From positions 1-35,792 of IMG/VR virus record IMGVR_UViG_3300033406_000366: a stretch of DNA of 35,792 bases, one strand, 5' to 3'. Under the pieces are notes generated by a model, which saw nothing but the letters and a program-made list of their open reading frames with translations, had not been told where the DNA came from and made no database searches. Position 1 is the stretch's first letter; the number at the start of each line of letters is the position of its first letter. This DNA is from a virus (taxonomy: Duplodnaviria > Caudoviricetes). Positions 24,992-35,195 of this stretch are shown here, one piece after another. The position numbers were made by a program, and so were the translations under genes.

Positions 24992-27694
24992 TTGGCGAAT
25001 AACATTGATATTCTAATCAACGCCCACGATAACGCGACGGCAGCGATCAAGCGCGTCGGTTCCGCCTTTACTGACATTGCCCGCCAGGCGGCCGGCTTTA
25101 CCCTGGCAACGGCCGGAATGGCCGGTCTGTCCGCAATCGCCGAAAAGGCCGGCGCCGCGTTTATCGGCTATAATGCCAAGATGGAACAAACCCGCGTCAG
25201 CATGGAAACCATGCTTGGCAGCGCCGAGGCCGCACAGACCTTTATCGCGCAGATGGCCGACTTTGCCGAGAAAACGCCGTTCGAATTCAAAGACGTCAGC
25301 GACGCGGCAAAACGCTTTCTGGCGTTTGGCTTTGCGGCAAATGAAATCATTCCGACCTTGACGGCCGTCGGCAACGCAGCGGCCGGCCTGGGGATCGGCA
25401 AGGAGGGGATCGACCGCGTCACGTTGGCCCTGGGGCAAATGAGCATTAAGGCCAAGCTGTCCGGCGAGGAAGTCATGCAGCTAAACGAGGCCGGCATCGG
25501 CGCGCAGAAGTATCTTGCTGACGCCTTCAACCTGACCGGCGACGCCTTTAACGATCTATCAAAAACGGGGATTACCGGCGCCCAGGCCGTCAAGGCAATC
25601 GTCGACGGCATGGCCAACGATCCGAAATTCAAAGATATGATGGAAAAGCAAAGCAAGACGGCGATCGGCCTATGGTCAACCATGAAAGACCAGGCATCAA
25701 CGATCTTCGGCGCGCTTGGACAAACGGCCTTCGAAGGCATGAAGGGCGCAATGGAAAGCATCACAGGCGGCCTGTCTGACCTGGTGAAGAAGATCCGCGA
25801 GGGCGGCGTCGAAAAGGCGTTTCGTGAAATGGTACCGGAGGAATGGCAGGTCCGCATTGAAAAGATTTTCAACTATGTCGCGAGTTATTACGAGAGTTTT
25901 ATCCAGATCCTTTCCCAAGGATCCGAAGGCGGATCAAACGCCCTGGCGCTGTTGGGTACCGCGATCGACATTTTAATTCCCGTCTTTCAGGCGTTGGGCG
26001 AGGTTGCTTTATTTATTATCGACGTAATGGTCGGATCCTTTAATAATGCAATGGCCGTATGTCGGCAATTTGTCGACGATATAACGACCGGCTTTACGGA
26101 GTTATACGACAGCACAATCGGGATCTTTACGTCGCTAGGATCGGCCATGGAATGGATCTGGGACAATATCGGCGCGTCGATCGTCCAGAAGGTTAAAGAC
26201 TTTGTGTATGGGATCCTGGACGCCCTGGGACCGATTGGCCAGATCGTCAAAGGCGTCGGCGACGCGATCGAAAGCGCCTGGGGCAAAGCGTCGGCCGGTC
26301 CGCGCATCACAACCGGCGGCAGCGCGTTTTCAAGCTTTATCGGCGGCATGAAGGGCCAGGGCGGCGTCACACAGGCCGGCCTTGACGCCCTGGCGGGCCA
26401 TGCCGGATCGAAAATGAACCTGGAACCAGGCGACAGCGGCAGCGGATCCGGATCCGGCGATAAGTCCGAGCGGCGCCTGGAACGGTCCGAAGAAAAAATG
26501 CGGGATCTAGTCGCCGACCTGACGACCAAGATCGCCGAGGACACGCAGGACGCCCTCACGGCCAACCTGGCGAAGATGGCCGCCGAGGTCGAAAAATGGC
26601 AGGGCGATATTAACGAGGCGGCCGGCAACGGCGCCGACGTCACGGCCGCACAAAAGGCCCTTGACGATTACAAAAATGTTCATGAGGCCAAGATCCGCGA
26701 CGACATTAAAAAGACGCAGGACGCCCTGATCCGCGACACCCGCAGCATCAACGCCGACCTGGTCCAAGATTACCGGCAGGCAGCGGATCAAAAATATCAA
26801 ATTGCCGTCGAGGCCGCACAAGCGGAGGCCGTCGAAAAACGGAAGGCCGGCATGAGCGAGGCGGCCGTCAATGATTGGTTAACGGCCAAAACGGCCGAGG
26901 CCGCGCAGCAGCGCCGCGACGCCCTGGCGTCCGGACTGGAAACCGAATACACGGACGAGCTGCAGCACATTAATAATATCGCGGTCTTGGAGGGAAAAAA
27001 CACGGCCTGGATCGAGCAGCAGACGCGGATCGTCTTAGAGACCAAAATCAACGCCTTGAAGGCCGAACTGGCCGCTGCCGAAACCACAGCCGAACGCCGG
27101 AAGGCCATCGAAAAAGAAATCGCCGACGCAACCGGCCAAATCAACACCGCAAACCGCCATAGTCTTTCAACGGCCTGGAAAGAGGCGTCGAAGGACATTC
27201 AAAACACGCAAATGGATTATGCGACGCGCATCAAACAGTCATGGGACGAAATTTCAACGTCGATCCATGACAACCTATCCGATATTCTAAACGGAACGCA
27301 ATCGCTAGGCGACGGCATGAAGGCCATTTTTAGCGATATTAGCCAGAGTATCACGCAAATGTTTCTTGACATGGCGATCGAGCAGCTTGTCATGGCACCG
27401 CTGCGAAACTGGTTTTCTGGCGTTCTTAGACGCATCAGTGGCAATATTGGCGGACATAACGCCCTGGGCGGCCGCACTTTCGGCGGGACACCTTACGTCG
27501 TCGGTGAACACGGGCCGGAGATTTTTACGCCGGACCAAAACGGCCAGATCAGTCCAAACGGCGCCCTAGCAGCAGGAGGATCGCCAATTAATATGTATAT
27601 CACAACGCCGGACATCGGCAGTTTTAGGCGATCGCGGGGGCAGGTTTTATCCGAACTGAATTTAGCCATGCGCGGCGCGGGGAGGTTAATGTAA
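24992..27694 (+). CDS. Tape measure protein
   Basis: 900 aa, Ala/Gly-rich helical; FAEKTPFEF and ALGQM...KLSGEEVMQLNE tape-measure motifs; C-terminal VVGEHGPEIF. Confidence 0.92.
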   Translation: MANNIDILINAHDNATAAIKRVGSAFTDIARQAAGFTLATAGMAGLSAIAEKAGAAFIGYNAKMEQTRVSMETMLGSAEAAQTFIAQMADFAEKTPFEFKDVSDAAKRFLAFGFAANEIIPTLTAVGNAAAGLGIGKEGIDRVTLALGQMSIKAKLSGEEVMQLNEAGIGAQKYLADAFNLTGDAFNDLSKTGITGAQAVKAIVDGMANDPKFKDMMEKQSKTAIGLWSTMKDQASTIFGALGQTAFEGMKGAMESITGGLSDLVKKIREGGVEKAFREMVPEEWQVRIEKIFNYVASYYESFIQILSQGSEGGSNALALLGTAIDILIPVFQALGEVALFIIDVMVGSFNNAMAVCRQFVDDITTGFTELYDSTIGIFTSLGSAMEWIWDNIGASIVQKVKDFVYGILDALGPIGQIVKGVGDAIESAWGKASAGPRITTGGSAFSSFIGGMKGQGGVTQAGLDALAGHAGSKMNLEPGDSGSGSGSGDKSERRLERSEEKMRDLVADLTTKIAEDTQDALTANLAKMAAEVEKWQGDINEAAGNGADVTAAQKALDDYKNVHEAKIRDDIKKTQDALIRDTRSINADLVQDYRQAADQKYQIAVEAAQAEAVEKRKAGMSEAAVNDWLTAKTAEAAQQRRDALASGLETEYTDELQHINNIAVLEGKNTAWIEQQTRIVLETKINALKAELAAAETTAERRKAIEKEIADATGQINTANRHSLSTAWKEASKDIQNTQMDYATRIKQSWDEISTSIHDNLSDILNGTQSLGDGMKAIFSDISQSITQMFLDMAIEQLVMAPLRNWFSGVLRRISGNIGGHNALGGRTFGGTPYVVGEHGPEIFTPDQNGQISPNGALAAGGSPINMYITTPDIGSFRRSRGQVLSELNLAMRGAGRLM

Positions 27695-28302
27695 TGGCAG
27701 CAGCGTTTCACGAAGTCCTTTTCCCTGTCGATATATCCTACGGCGCCAGCGGCGGGCCGGAGTATTCGACCGACCTGGTCAAGACGGCCAGCGGCGGCGA
27801 AACTAGAAACCAAAATTGGGAATACCCGCTGCACAAGTACGACGTCGGCCACAATGTGAAAACGCGCGAACAGATTATGAAACTAAGCGCGTTTTTTCGC
27901 GGCCGCAAGGGCAAAGCGTTTGGTTTTCGGTTCAAGGATTGGATCGACTACGCAGCGACCGGCCAATATTTAGGCACCGGCGACGGCGCAACGGCAACCT
28001 ATCAACTGATAAAAAAATACACCGACGACGGCGGCTATTCGGAAACCAGGAAAATCACAAAGCCGGTCAACGGTACCGTGAAGGTTTATCTTGACGACGT
28101 ACTGCAGATAGCTGGTTATACGGTCGACTATGCGACGGGGATAGTCACGTTTGATGTTGCGCCAGCGGCCGGCGTTATTGTCACGGCAGACTTTGAGTTT
28201 GACGTCCCTTGCCGGTTCGACACGGACGGCATGACGGCCAGCATTGACAATTATAATGTGTTTTCCTGGGCGAGTATTCCGATCGTTGAAATTAAGGTTT
28301 AA
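27694..28302 (+). CDS. Distal tail protein, DUF2460/TIGR02217 family (RcGTA g12-like)
   Basis: FHEVLFP.DISYGASGGPEYST, FRFKDWID, RKITKPV.GTV and FEFDVPCRFDTD. Confidence 0.9.
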   Translation: MAAAFHEVLFPVDISYGASGGPEYSTDLVKTASGGETRNQNWEYPLHKYDVGHNVKTREQIMKLSAFFRGRKGKAFGFRFKDWIDYAATGQYLGTGDGATATYQLIKKYTDDGGYSETRKITKPVNGTVKVYLDDVLQIAGYTVDYATGIVTFDVAPAAGVIVTADFEFDVPCRFDTDGMTASIDNYNVFSWASIPIVEIKV

Positions 28303-28316
28303 GGAGGGGAAGAATT

Positions 28317-29750
28317 TTGTCTTATCTTTGGTATAGCGCGGGGCTGCGAAAAGATTTTGATATTTATGGTAATTTCGTTGGACAAAACACGGGACACCGA
28401 ACCGGTTTTTATGTTGGTGGAAATGTGGGTGACAATGCGTATAAAGTTTTACCCGAAACAGGAACAGAATTCTGGGCGTCGTCATACCGTGGCCTGAATA
28501 TCTCGTCAAATGGCGACGCGCTTCAGCTACGCGGCACAGACAACACAACAGTATTGGCATACATAACCGTTGTTAGCGGTTATGTGAAAGCATATGCTTC
28601 TGTTGGCGGAACATTAACTCTATTAGCAACCGGAACAACTGTTTTACAATCATCATCGTTTCACCAAATCGAATATCATTATAAACGGCATTCGACCGAT
28701 GGTATTTTCGAAGTATGGGTTGACGGTATTTTAGAAATATCTTTTTCGGGAAACACGGGCAGCGAAGCAACTGTGATAGGATGTTTTGCACATTCACAAA
28801 TCGCTAATGGCAACACGGCGAACGTTGGTTCGTCCGAATTTATTGTCACAAATAAAGGTCGAATCGGGAAAAAGCGAATGCAAATCCTTTATTTATCCGG
28901 ATCGGGAGACACAAACACAACAGACGGATTTATGGACGTGATCGGCAATGATACAACAACAACATCAACTACCGTCAAAACAGGAACCTATATTCTCCCG
29001 TCCGCGATAAAAGCGTCCGGAACATTAAAAACAGTCGCGTTTAATCTATACGCAGCAGATACAGTCAAAATCGGAGTTTTTACTAAAAATGCGTCTGCCG
29101 TAAAATTCACACCGGACGCAACACGACAGGCGTCTGTCGCTTGTTTAGCTGGCGCCGTGACGCTGAACGCCGGCACAGATTTTACAGAATGGGCCGTTGC
29201 CGCTGGCGAATACATCGGGATTTATACGACTGCTGGAAAATTAATTTACACGGCAACGTCGAATAATGGCGACGATCTGAATTTAGGTTCGGCCTATTAT
29301 ATTTCTGGCGACGCCTTCGCGCTAGGAACAGAACAAAGTTATTCCACCGACGGCAGCGGTAATTTTATTCGCGCCTTTGCTCAATATTTAACAGCAACAA
29401 ACCTAATGTATTTATACAACGGAAATTCTAATGTAATCACAGAAAGGCCGTGGCTTGAAAGCAAACGGTATGTGTCTATGAGCGCGAACGGACAAGAATT
29501 TTTAAATAGCTGCACCGACTTGACCGATGGCGAATGCACCGCTGTCAATGCGCTAAAAATAACCTTGCGCGGCGAGGCTGGAACGACTATTACTAACGGG
29601 CAAACTTGTATTAAGGCAGGCGGATCGGTAACGTATAGTGACACAATTGCAATGCCAACTGTAATAAACCAGCGGCACACAATTTTCGACGGTACTTGGT
29701 CGAAAGCGCAAATAAACGCCCTGCAGATCGGGTTTAAGGCTTTAACATAA
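28317..29750 (+). CDS. Putative receptor-binding/lectin-like tail protein (lower-GC insert)
   Basis: Thr/Gly/Ser-rich beta protein; FHQIEYHY....DGIFEVWVDG ConA/LamG-like segment; TTG start after AAGGAGG. Confidence 0.65.
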   Translation: MSYLWYSAGLRKDFDIYGNFVGQNTGHRTGFYVGGNVGDNAYKVLPETGTEFWASSYRGLNISSNGDALQLRGTDNTTVLAYITVVSGYVKAYASVGGTLTLLATGTTVLQSSSFHQIEYHYKRHSTDGIFEVWVDGILEISFSGNTGSEATVIGCFAHSQIANGNTANVGSSEFIVTNKGRIGKKRMQILYLSGSGDTNTTDGFMDVIGNDTTTTSTTVKTGTYILPSAIKASGTLKTVAFNLYAADTVKIGVFTKNASAVKFTPDATRQASVACLAGAVTLNAGTDFTEWAVAAGEYIGIYTTAGKLIYTATSNNGDDLNLGSAYYISGDAFALGTEQSYSTDGSGNFIRAFAQYLTATNLMYLYNGNSNVITERPWLESKRYVSMSANGQEFLNSCTDLTDGECTAVNALKITLRGEAGTTITNGQTCIKAGGSVTYSDTIAMPTVINQRHTIFDGTWSKAQINALQIGFKALT

Positions 29751-30823
29751 TGGGCGCTGAAAAATATTCTTATAATCCATTCATAACATCACTATATGAA
29801 AAAAACTTGGAACGGGCGCCGTCAGCATTTGTTACGGCACTATACGGAACGGACATATTAAAGTCCGAAGGCGCGGCAATCGAATTTATTACGCCAATAT
29901 TTGACGTAGTCGATCAGTCGAGCGTACAAACGGCGTTTGTTACTGCACTTTTTACCGAACACCCTTTCCCTTGGCTGTGCGATCCCGTGACGGCGATTGC
30001 CTGGAATTACCGCCTGGAACTGACTGACGGGACGGTTTTCGGCTTTACGAGCCACGACCAGGATCTTGTCATCGACGGCCTGACCTATGAGGCAAACGCC
30101 GGTTTTTCGCCGACGGCCGTCGAAACGAGCAACAATCTAGCAACCGACAACATGGAACTAGAAGGCGTCATGGATAGCACGCGCATTGATCCGGCCGACA
30201 TTATGGCCGGACGGTTCGATCATGCTAAAATCACCGTTTTCCTTTGCAACTGGAAAAACCTATCGGATCCCATGCTGACGGTCCGCAAGGGATTTATCGG
30301 CGAAATCAAATACGGACCGAACCGGTACCAAACTGAGGCGCTAGGATTGACCACGGCGCTGCAACAAGACGCCGGCGAACTGTATCAAAAAATCTGCCGC
30401 GCCGATCTGGGGGATAGTAAATGTCAGGTCAATATGACGGCGCTAACCGTTTCCGGTACCGTCGCGAACGTCTATTCTGACGCCTATTTTTCGACGGATC
30501 TGGCGCAAGCGGACGCCTTTTTCGACTATGGCAATCTGACGTTTACTAGCGGCAATAACAACGGCCGCAAATGCGAGGTCAAGGCGTATGCTGACGGCGA
30601 AGTCAAACTGTTTATCAAAGCGCCGCAATCGGTCCAGATCGGCGACACGTTCACGATTGCGGCCGGCTGCGATCGCAATTTTTCGACCTGCCGCGACCGG
30701 TTCGCGAACCAGGTCAATTTTCGCGGCGAGCCGTCGGTCCCTGGCAACGATTACGCCAGCGGCTACGCGGCCAAAGGGACGGTAAACGTCGTCAGCAGCG
30801 GCACCAGCCCGAAACTAGGATAA
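29750..30823 (+). CDS. Baseplate hub, DUF2163/BR0599 family (RcGTA g13-like), with N-terminal extension
   Basis: DGTVFGFTSHDQDL, CRADLGDSKC and AGCDRNFSTCRDRFAN.VNFRGEP with four conserved Cys. Confidence 0.9.
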   Translation: MGAEKYSYNPFITSLYEKNLERAPSAFVTALYGTDILKSEGAAIEFITPIFDVVDQSSVQTAFVTALFTEHPFPWLCDPVTAIAWNYRLELTDGTVFGFTSHDQDLVIDGLTYEANAGFSPTAVETSNNLATDNMELEGVMDSTRIDPADIMAGRFDHAKITVFLCNWKNLSDPMLTVRKGFIGEIKYGPNRYQTEALGLTTALQQDAGELYQKICRADLGDSKCQVNMTALTVSGTVANVYSDAYFSTDLAQADAFFDYGNLTFTSGNNNGRKCEVKAYADGEVKLFIKAPQSVQIGDTFTIAAGCDRNFSTCRDRFANQVNFRGEPSVPGNDYASGYAAKGTVNVVSSGTSPKLG

Positions 30824-30836
30824 AGGAGGCCTATCT

Positions 30837-31271
30837 ATGACAATCAAACGCGACACGATCGTCGCGATCGCACGGTCCTGGATCGGGACGAAGTGGCAGC
30901 ACCAGGCCAGTCTGAAAGGCGTCGCGACCGATTGCGTCGGCCTGGCGCGCGGGGTATACGCCGAGGCAACCGGCCAGGAGATCGTCGGAACCTGGGACTA
31001 TCCGGCGACCTGGCACCTGTTCAAAAGTGACGAGCGCATGATCGCGGAACTAAAAAACTACGCGACCGAGATCGACAAGGCGGACGCGCTGCCTGGGGAT
31101 CTGTTGATTTTCGGCTTTGGCAAAGGACCGGCGCACCATATCGGCATACTGGCGACGCCGGAAACCTTCGTTCACGCCTGGGCCGACGTCGGCCAAGTCG
31201 CCGAAACGCGCCTGGACGCCTTTTGGACGAAGAACCTGCGGACGGCCTTCCGGCTGCCGGAGGTCGACTAA
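30837..31271 (+). CDS. NlpC/P60 tail peptidase (RcGTA g14-like)
   Basis: ARSWIGTKWQHQAS.KGVATDCVGL.RGV, HIGI and FVHA. Confidence 0.92.
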   Translation: MTIKRDTIVAIARSWIGTKWQHQASLKGVATDCVGLARGVYAEATGQEIVGTWDYPATWHLFKSDERMIAELKNYATEIDKADALPGDLLIFGFGKGPAHHIGILATPETFVHAWADVGQVAETRLDAFWTKNLRTAFRLPEVD

Positions 31272-33553
31272 TGGCGACGCTGGCCGTTTCAATGTATCTG
31301 GCGGCAAATCCTATGTCATATCTGGCAATGGGGTTAATGTATGCCGGCGCCAGTTATATCGACGCGAAACTGTTCCCAGGCCCGAACGTCGACAGCGGCA
31401 AATTAAGCGATCTAAACATTCAAGTATCAACCTACGGCAATCCAATTTCCCGCGCTTACGGTACCATTCAGACGGCGGGGAATATTGTCTGGGGAACCAA
31501 TTTTGTCGAACATAAGAAGAAATCCGGCGGCAAGGGCGGCGGAGGCGGGACGGTTACAAGCTATACCTATTCCGTCAGTTTTGCCGTGATGATCTGCAAG
31601 GGGCCGATCAGCGGGATCGGCCGGATCTGGGCCGACGGGAAATTATTTGCCGATCTGACCGGACAAACTTTTGCCGACGGAACGATTACTGGCGAATACG
31701 AAGGCAACGGCGGCGGGACCTTTACCGTTTATCAGGGTACCGAAACGCAATTACCGGACGCCTTCATGGAGGGAATCGAGGGCGCTGGCAACGTGCCGGC
31801 CTATCGACCGTATGCATATGTGGTTTTTAAGGATCTGTACGTCACCGACTTCGGGCAGCGGATCCCGACGTTCACCTTTGAAATTATTTCACCGGTCAGC
31901 GCGGTCGACGCGATCGTCCGCGAGATCTGCACCGAGGCTGGCCTGGCGGAAAGCGATTTTGACGTCACGGATTTAAGCGGAAGCGCAATCACCGGCTATT
32001 TAACGGATGGCGGCAAAACCCACCGCGCGAAAATCGAACCGCTGCAAAGCGTTATTGTATTCGATGGCGTCGAGAGAAACGGTAAATTAACTTTTTTGCG
32101 ACGTAAAAATAATCTGTTGTCTGTAATGGTCTACGCATTAGACGAAAGTGAATTATCCGCCTATGAAAATGACAAGGGCGAACAGGAGGCGTTCGCGGCC
32201 ACCAGGACGCCCGAACAGGAATTGCCGGCGCGTGTCGTCTATGCGTACCTGTCGAAAGATCGTGAATATCAGACTAATGCCATGGGCGCCAACCGGCTGA
32301 ACACGACAAGCAAGAATTCCAAAAAGGTCGACCTGCCCGTCGTTTTGACCGACAGCGAAGGAAAAACCCTGGCCGAAACGGCGCTATATGCCGCCTGGAA
32401 CGCGCGGACAAGCTACGAACTGAAACTGGCGACGAAGTACGCCTGCCTGTTCCCTGGCGACCTGGTCAAGCTGCCGATCCCGAACGCGAGCGAAATTTTC
32501 CTGTATGCGAATAAAAATTCATACGGCAAACCAGGGATCACAACGATCACGGCCGAAACTGTCGACGTCGAAACTTACGACCGGAAGATCCGGACCGCCG
32601 ACGCCAGCCATGTGCAAACCTTTCCGGATCCACCGACGGCAATCACGGCGCATTTTCTGGACCTGTTCTACAAATACGGTGACACCGACGAAACACCGCT
32701 ATATGTCACGACAACGGCGGCGCGGTTCATCGACGCGAATATTTTCCGCAGCCACGACGACGGCCTGACCTGGGAATATGTCGCAACGAGCAACGCCAAC
32801 GCAGAGGCCGGCGCAGCCGCGACGGTCCTGGCAGCCGGTCCGGTCGACTTCTTCGACGAGGCCAACACGGTTGACGTTGTACTACTCCAAGGGACTTTGT
32901 CGAGCCGGTCCGAGGCGGATATCCTGAACGGATATAATGCCGCCCTGATCGGCGACGAAATTCTGCAATTCAAAACGGCGACGCTAATCGCCGCCAATAC
33001 TTACCGCCTTTCCGGTCTGCTGCGCGGGCGCAATGGCACCGAAAGCCTGGTCGGATCCCACGCGATCGGCGACCGGTTTATTTTGCTATCGAGCGAAAAC
33101 CTGGTCAAGCTGCCGACGTCGACGGCCGACTGGTTCCATCCGGTCCAGTACCGGATCGGGCCGTCAGTCTGTGCGATCACTAGCGACTATTATTCAACCG
33201 TCAGTTATACGAGCGACGGCACCGTCGCGAAACCGTTCGCTCCCTGCCACCTGACCGGATCACGCGACGGCAGCGGCAACCTGACAATCAACTGGATCCG
33301 CCGTAGCCGCAAGGATTTTTCCTGGCAACCGTATGTTGACGCGGCTTTGAGTGAAGGATCTGAACGGTACGAAATCGACGTCTATAACGGCGCGGCCGTC
33401 GTCCGGACGATCAGCGCGACGGCATCAACGGCCGTCTATACGGCGGCGCAACAGACGGCCGACTTTGGCAGCGCCCAGGCAAGCGTCAACGTAAAAATTT
33501 ATCAATTATCCGATATTCGCGGCCGAGGCTGGCCGGCAGAGGGGGCAATATAA
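31271..33553 (+). CDS. Central tail tip protein (RcGTA g15/megatron-like, shorter)
   Basis: STYG.PI.RAYGT...AGNIVW, YSVSFAV..C.GPI.GIGRIWADGK, PAYR..AYVVF, LSGLLRG.NGTE and WIRRSR. Confidence 0.88.
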   Translation: MATLAVSMYLAANPMSYLAMGLMYAGASYIDAKLFPGPNVDSGKLSDLNIQVSTYGNPISRAYGTIQTAGNIVWGTNFVEHKKKSGGKGGGGGTVTSYTYSVSFAVMICKGPISGIGRIWADGKLFADLTGQTFADGTITGEYEGNGGGTFTVYQGTETQLPDAFMEGIEGAGNVPAYRPYAYVVFKDLYVTDFGQRIPTFTFEIISPVSAVDAIVREICTEAGLAESDFDVTDLSGSAITGYLTDGGKTHRAKIEPLQSVIVFDGVERNGKLTFLRRKNNLLSVMVYALDESELSAYENDKGEQEAFAATRTPEQELPARVVYAYLSKDREYQTNAMGANRLNTTSKNSKKVDLPVVLTDSEGKTLAETALYAAWNARTSYELKLATKYACLFPGDLVKLPIPNASEIFLYANKNSYGKPGITTITAETVDVETYDRKIRTADASHVQTFPDPPTAITAHFLDLFYKYGDTDETPLYVTTTAARFIDANIFRSHDDGLTWEYVATSNANAEAGAAATVLAAGPVDFFDEANTVDVVLLQGTLSSRSEADILNGYNAALIGDEILQFKTATLIAANTYRLSGLLRGRNGTESLVGSHAIGDRFILLSSENLVKLPTSTADWFHPVQYRIGPSVCAITSDYYSTVSYTSDGTVAKPFAPCHLTGSRDGSGNLTINWIRRSRKDFSWQPYVDAALSEGSERYEIDVYNGAAVVRTISATASTAVYTAAQQTADFGSAQASVNVKIYQLSDIRGRGWPAEGAI

Positions 33554-34095
33554 TGGCAGATACGCCGAGACTGATTTTTCCGTATTTATCAACCAACCAG
33601 GCGCAAAAGGAAACCACCCACAACCAGGCATTAAACAAACTGGACGCCATGGTCCAGACGGCCGTCGAAAGCATGACCTTGACCACGCCGCCGACCGGCG
33701 TCGAAGGCAATTTGTATATCGTAGGCACCGGCGCGACGGGCGCCTGGGCCAGTAAAGACAAATACCTGGCGCAATATATCGGCGGGGCCTGGGCCTTTTA
33801 TACGCCGTTCGAAGGTCTACGGATCTACGACAAGGCCACGACGACCGGCATGGTCTACAAATCGGCTGTCTGGGTACAAGAGGACACGGCCCGCGCGAAG
33901 ATCGGATTTTTCGGATCCACGCCGGCGACGAAAACGACCGTCACCATGACCAATACCGACGGCGCGATCGGCGGCCTGACCATCAGCGCGACCTACACAC
34001 AGGCCGAGATCGTCGCGCTGCGTGACGGTACCGAAACCCTGGCCGACGACGTCCGCGCGATCAAGACGGCCCTGTCGTCCTACGGGATCATTTAA
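33553..34095 (+). CDS. DUF2793-domain short tail fibre-like protein
   Basis: TPRL..PYL...QAQKE.THNQAL..LD and YIVG.GATGAWA. Confidence 0.85.
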   Translation: MADTPRLIFPYLSTNQAQKETTHNQALNKLDAMVQTAVESMTLTTPPTGVEGNLYIVGTGATGAWASKDKYLAQYIGGAWAFYTPFEGLRIYDKATTTGMVYKSAVWVQEDTARAKIGFFGSTPATKTTVTMTNTDGAIGGLTISATYTQAEIVALRDGTETLADDVRAIKTALSSYGII

Positions 34096-34123
34096 CAAAA
34101 ATACAGTTTCAAAAGGGGGTAAA

Positions 34124-34582
34124 ATGAACTATTCAAGCCTTGAAATCAATGTCGGCGTAATCTGCGCCGCCCTGGGATCGTTTTTTTGCGTCGCCGTCGG
34201 CGGCTTTGACGTCCCTGTAAAAAGCCTGCTGGCGCTAATCATAACGGACTACGTCAGCGGCGTATATGCCGCCTGGCGGACCGGAACACTAAGCAGCGGC
34301 GCCGCGTTTATCGGTATTCGGCGCAAGTTATTTATTGTCGCCGTCGTTGTTTTTGGCAATATGCTGGACGGCGCAATGGGCCTGGATCATACCTTCCGGA
34401 CAATGATCGTCTGCGGTTACGCCGGCATGGAAGGATTGTCAATCGTCGAGAATGTCGATCGCATGGGGTACGGCCAATATATCCCGTCCTATTTGCGCGA
34501 CAAACTACTGCAGCTACGCCAGGAAAAGGAGGGCGCCGTCAATGCAAATAGTGAACCTGGCCGAAGTCAAACGGGCGGCTGA
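34124..34582 (+). CDS. Phage holin
   Basis: DYVSGV..A, GI.RK, EGLSIVEN and IP.YL.DKL.QL motifs with hydrophobic helices; start at ATG 34124. Confidence 0.9.
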   Translation: MNYSSLEINVGVICAALGSFFCVAVGGFDVPVKSLLALIITDYVSGVYAAWRTGTLSSGAAFIGIRRKLFIVAVVVFGNMLDGAMGLDHTFRTMIVCGYAGMEGLSIVENVDRMGYGQYIPSYLRDKLLQLRQEKEGAVNANSEPGRSQTGG

Positions 34583-35108
34583 ACAGGCCCGCGATCGGAT
34601 CGCCGAACTGGCGGCCGGCTGCGATCGGCCGGTCCGGATCTTCTTCCATTGGACGGCCGGCCACTATCGGCAATACTTCGACGATTATCATTTTAACATT
34701 GACCAGGACGGGGCGATCGTCGCCACGACCGGCGACCTGGCCGAAGTCAAAGCGCACACCTGGCGGCGCAACACCGGCGCGATCGGCGTCGGCCTTTGTT
34801 GCGCCTACCAGGCCAGATCCGTCGACGACCTGGGGCCAGAGCCGCCAACGGCGCAGCAAGTCGACGCAGCGGCCCAGGCTGCGGCCGTCCTTTGCATGGT
34901 CTGGGATCTACCGGTCGACGGATATCACGTTTTGACACATTCGGAGGCCGCCGACCTGGACGGTTACGGCCCGAAATCGACAAGCTGCGAACGATGGGAC
35001 CTGTACGTTATCGCGGCCGGCGATCCGCCGGACAGCGGCGGGGATCTGCTGCGGGCGGCGATCATGGAACATATCAGCAGCGGAAAGTTAAACTGGTTGT
35101 TTAACTAG
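34542..35108 (+). CDS. Endolysin, N-acetylmuramoyl-L-alanine amidase (Amidase_2-like), catalytic domain only
   Basis: HWTAG, YHFNID.DG, AHTWRRNTGAIGV and VLTHSE; AAGGAGG RBS before ATG 34542. Confidence 0.9.
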   Translation: MQIVNLAEVKRAAEQARDRIAELAAGCDRPVRIFFHWTAGHYRQYFDDYHFNIDQDGAIVATTGDLAEVKAHTWRRNTGAIGVGLCCAYQARSVDDLGPEPPTAQQVDAAAQAAAVLCMVWDLPVDGYHVLTHSEAADLDGYGPKSTSCERWDLYVIAAGDPPDSGGDLLRAAIMEHISSGKLNWLFN

Positions 35109-35195
35109 ACCGCTAAAACGTCACCAGGCGGTCAGAATGGCATCAAATTCGCGAGAAGCGGCCGCCTGGTACAAATAGAGAAAGGGGCAAACGAA

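Noticed and set aside
27694-34095. Gene transfer agent
   Set aside because: Only the tail tip is GTA-like; integrase, repressor and replication genes indicate a true prophage.
28317-34095. Invertible tail-fibre shufflon
   Set aside because: No inverted crossover repeats, opposite-strand fibre cassettes or invertase seen within the window.
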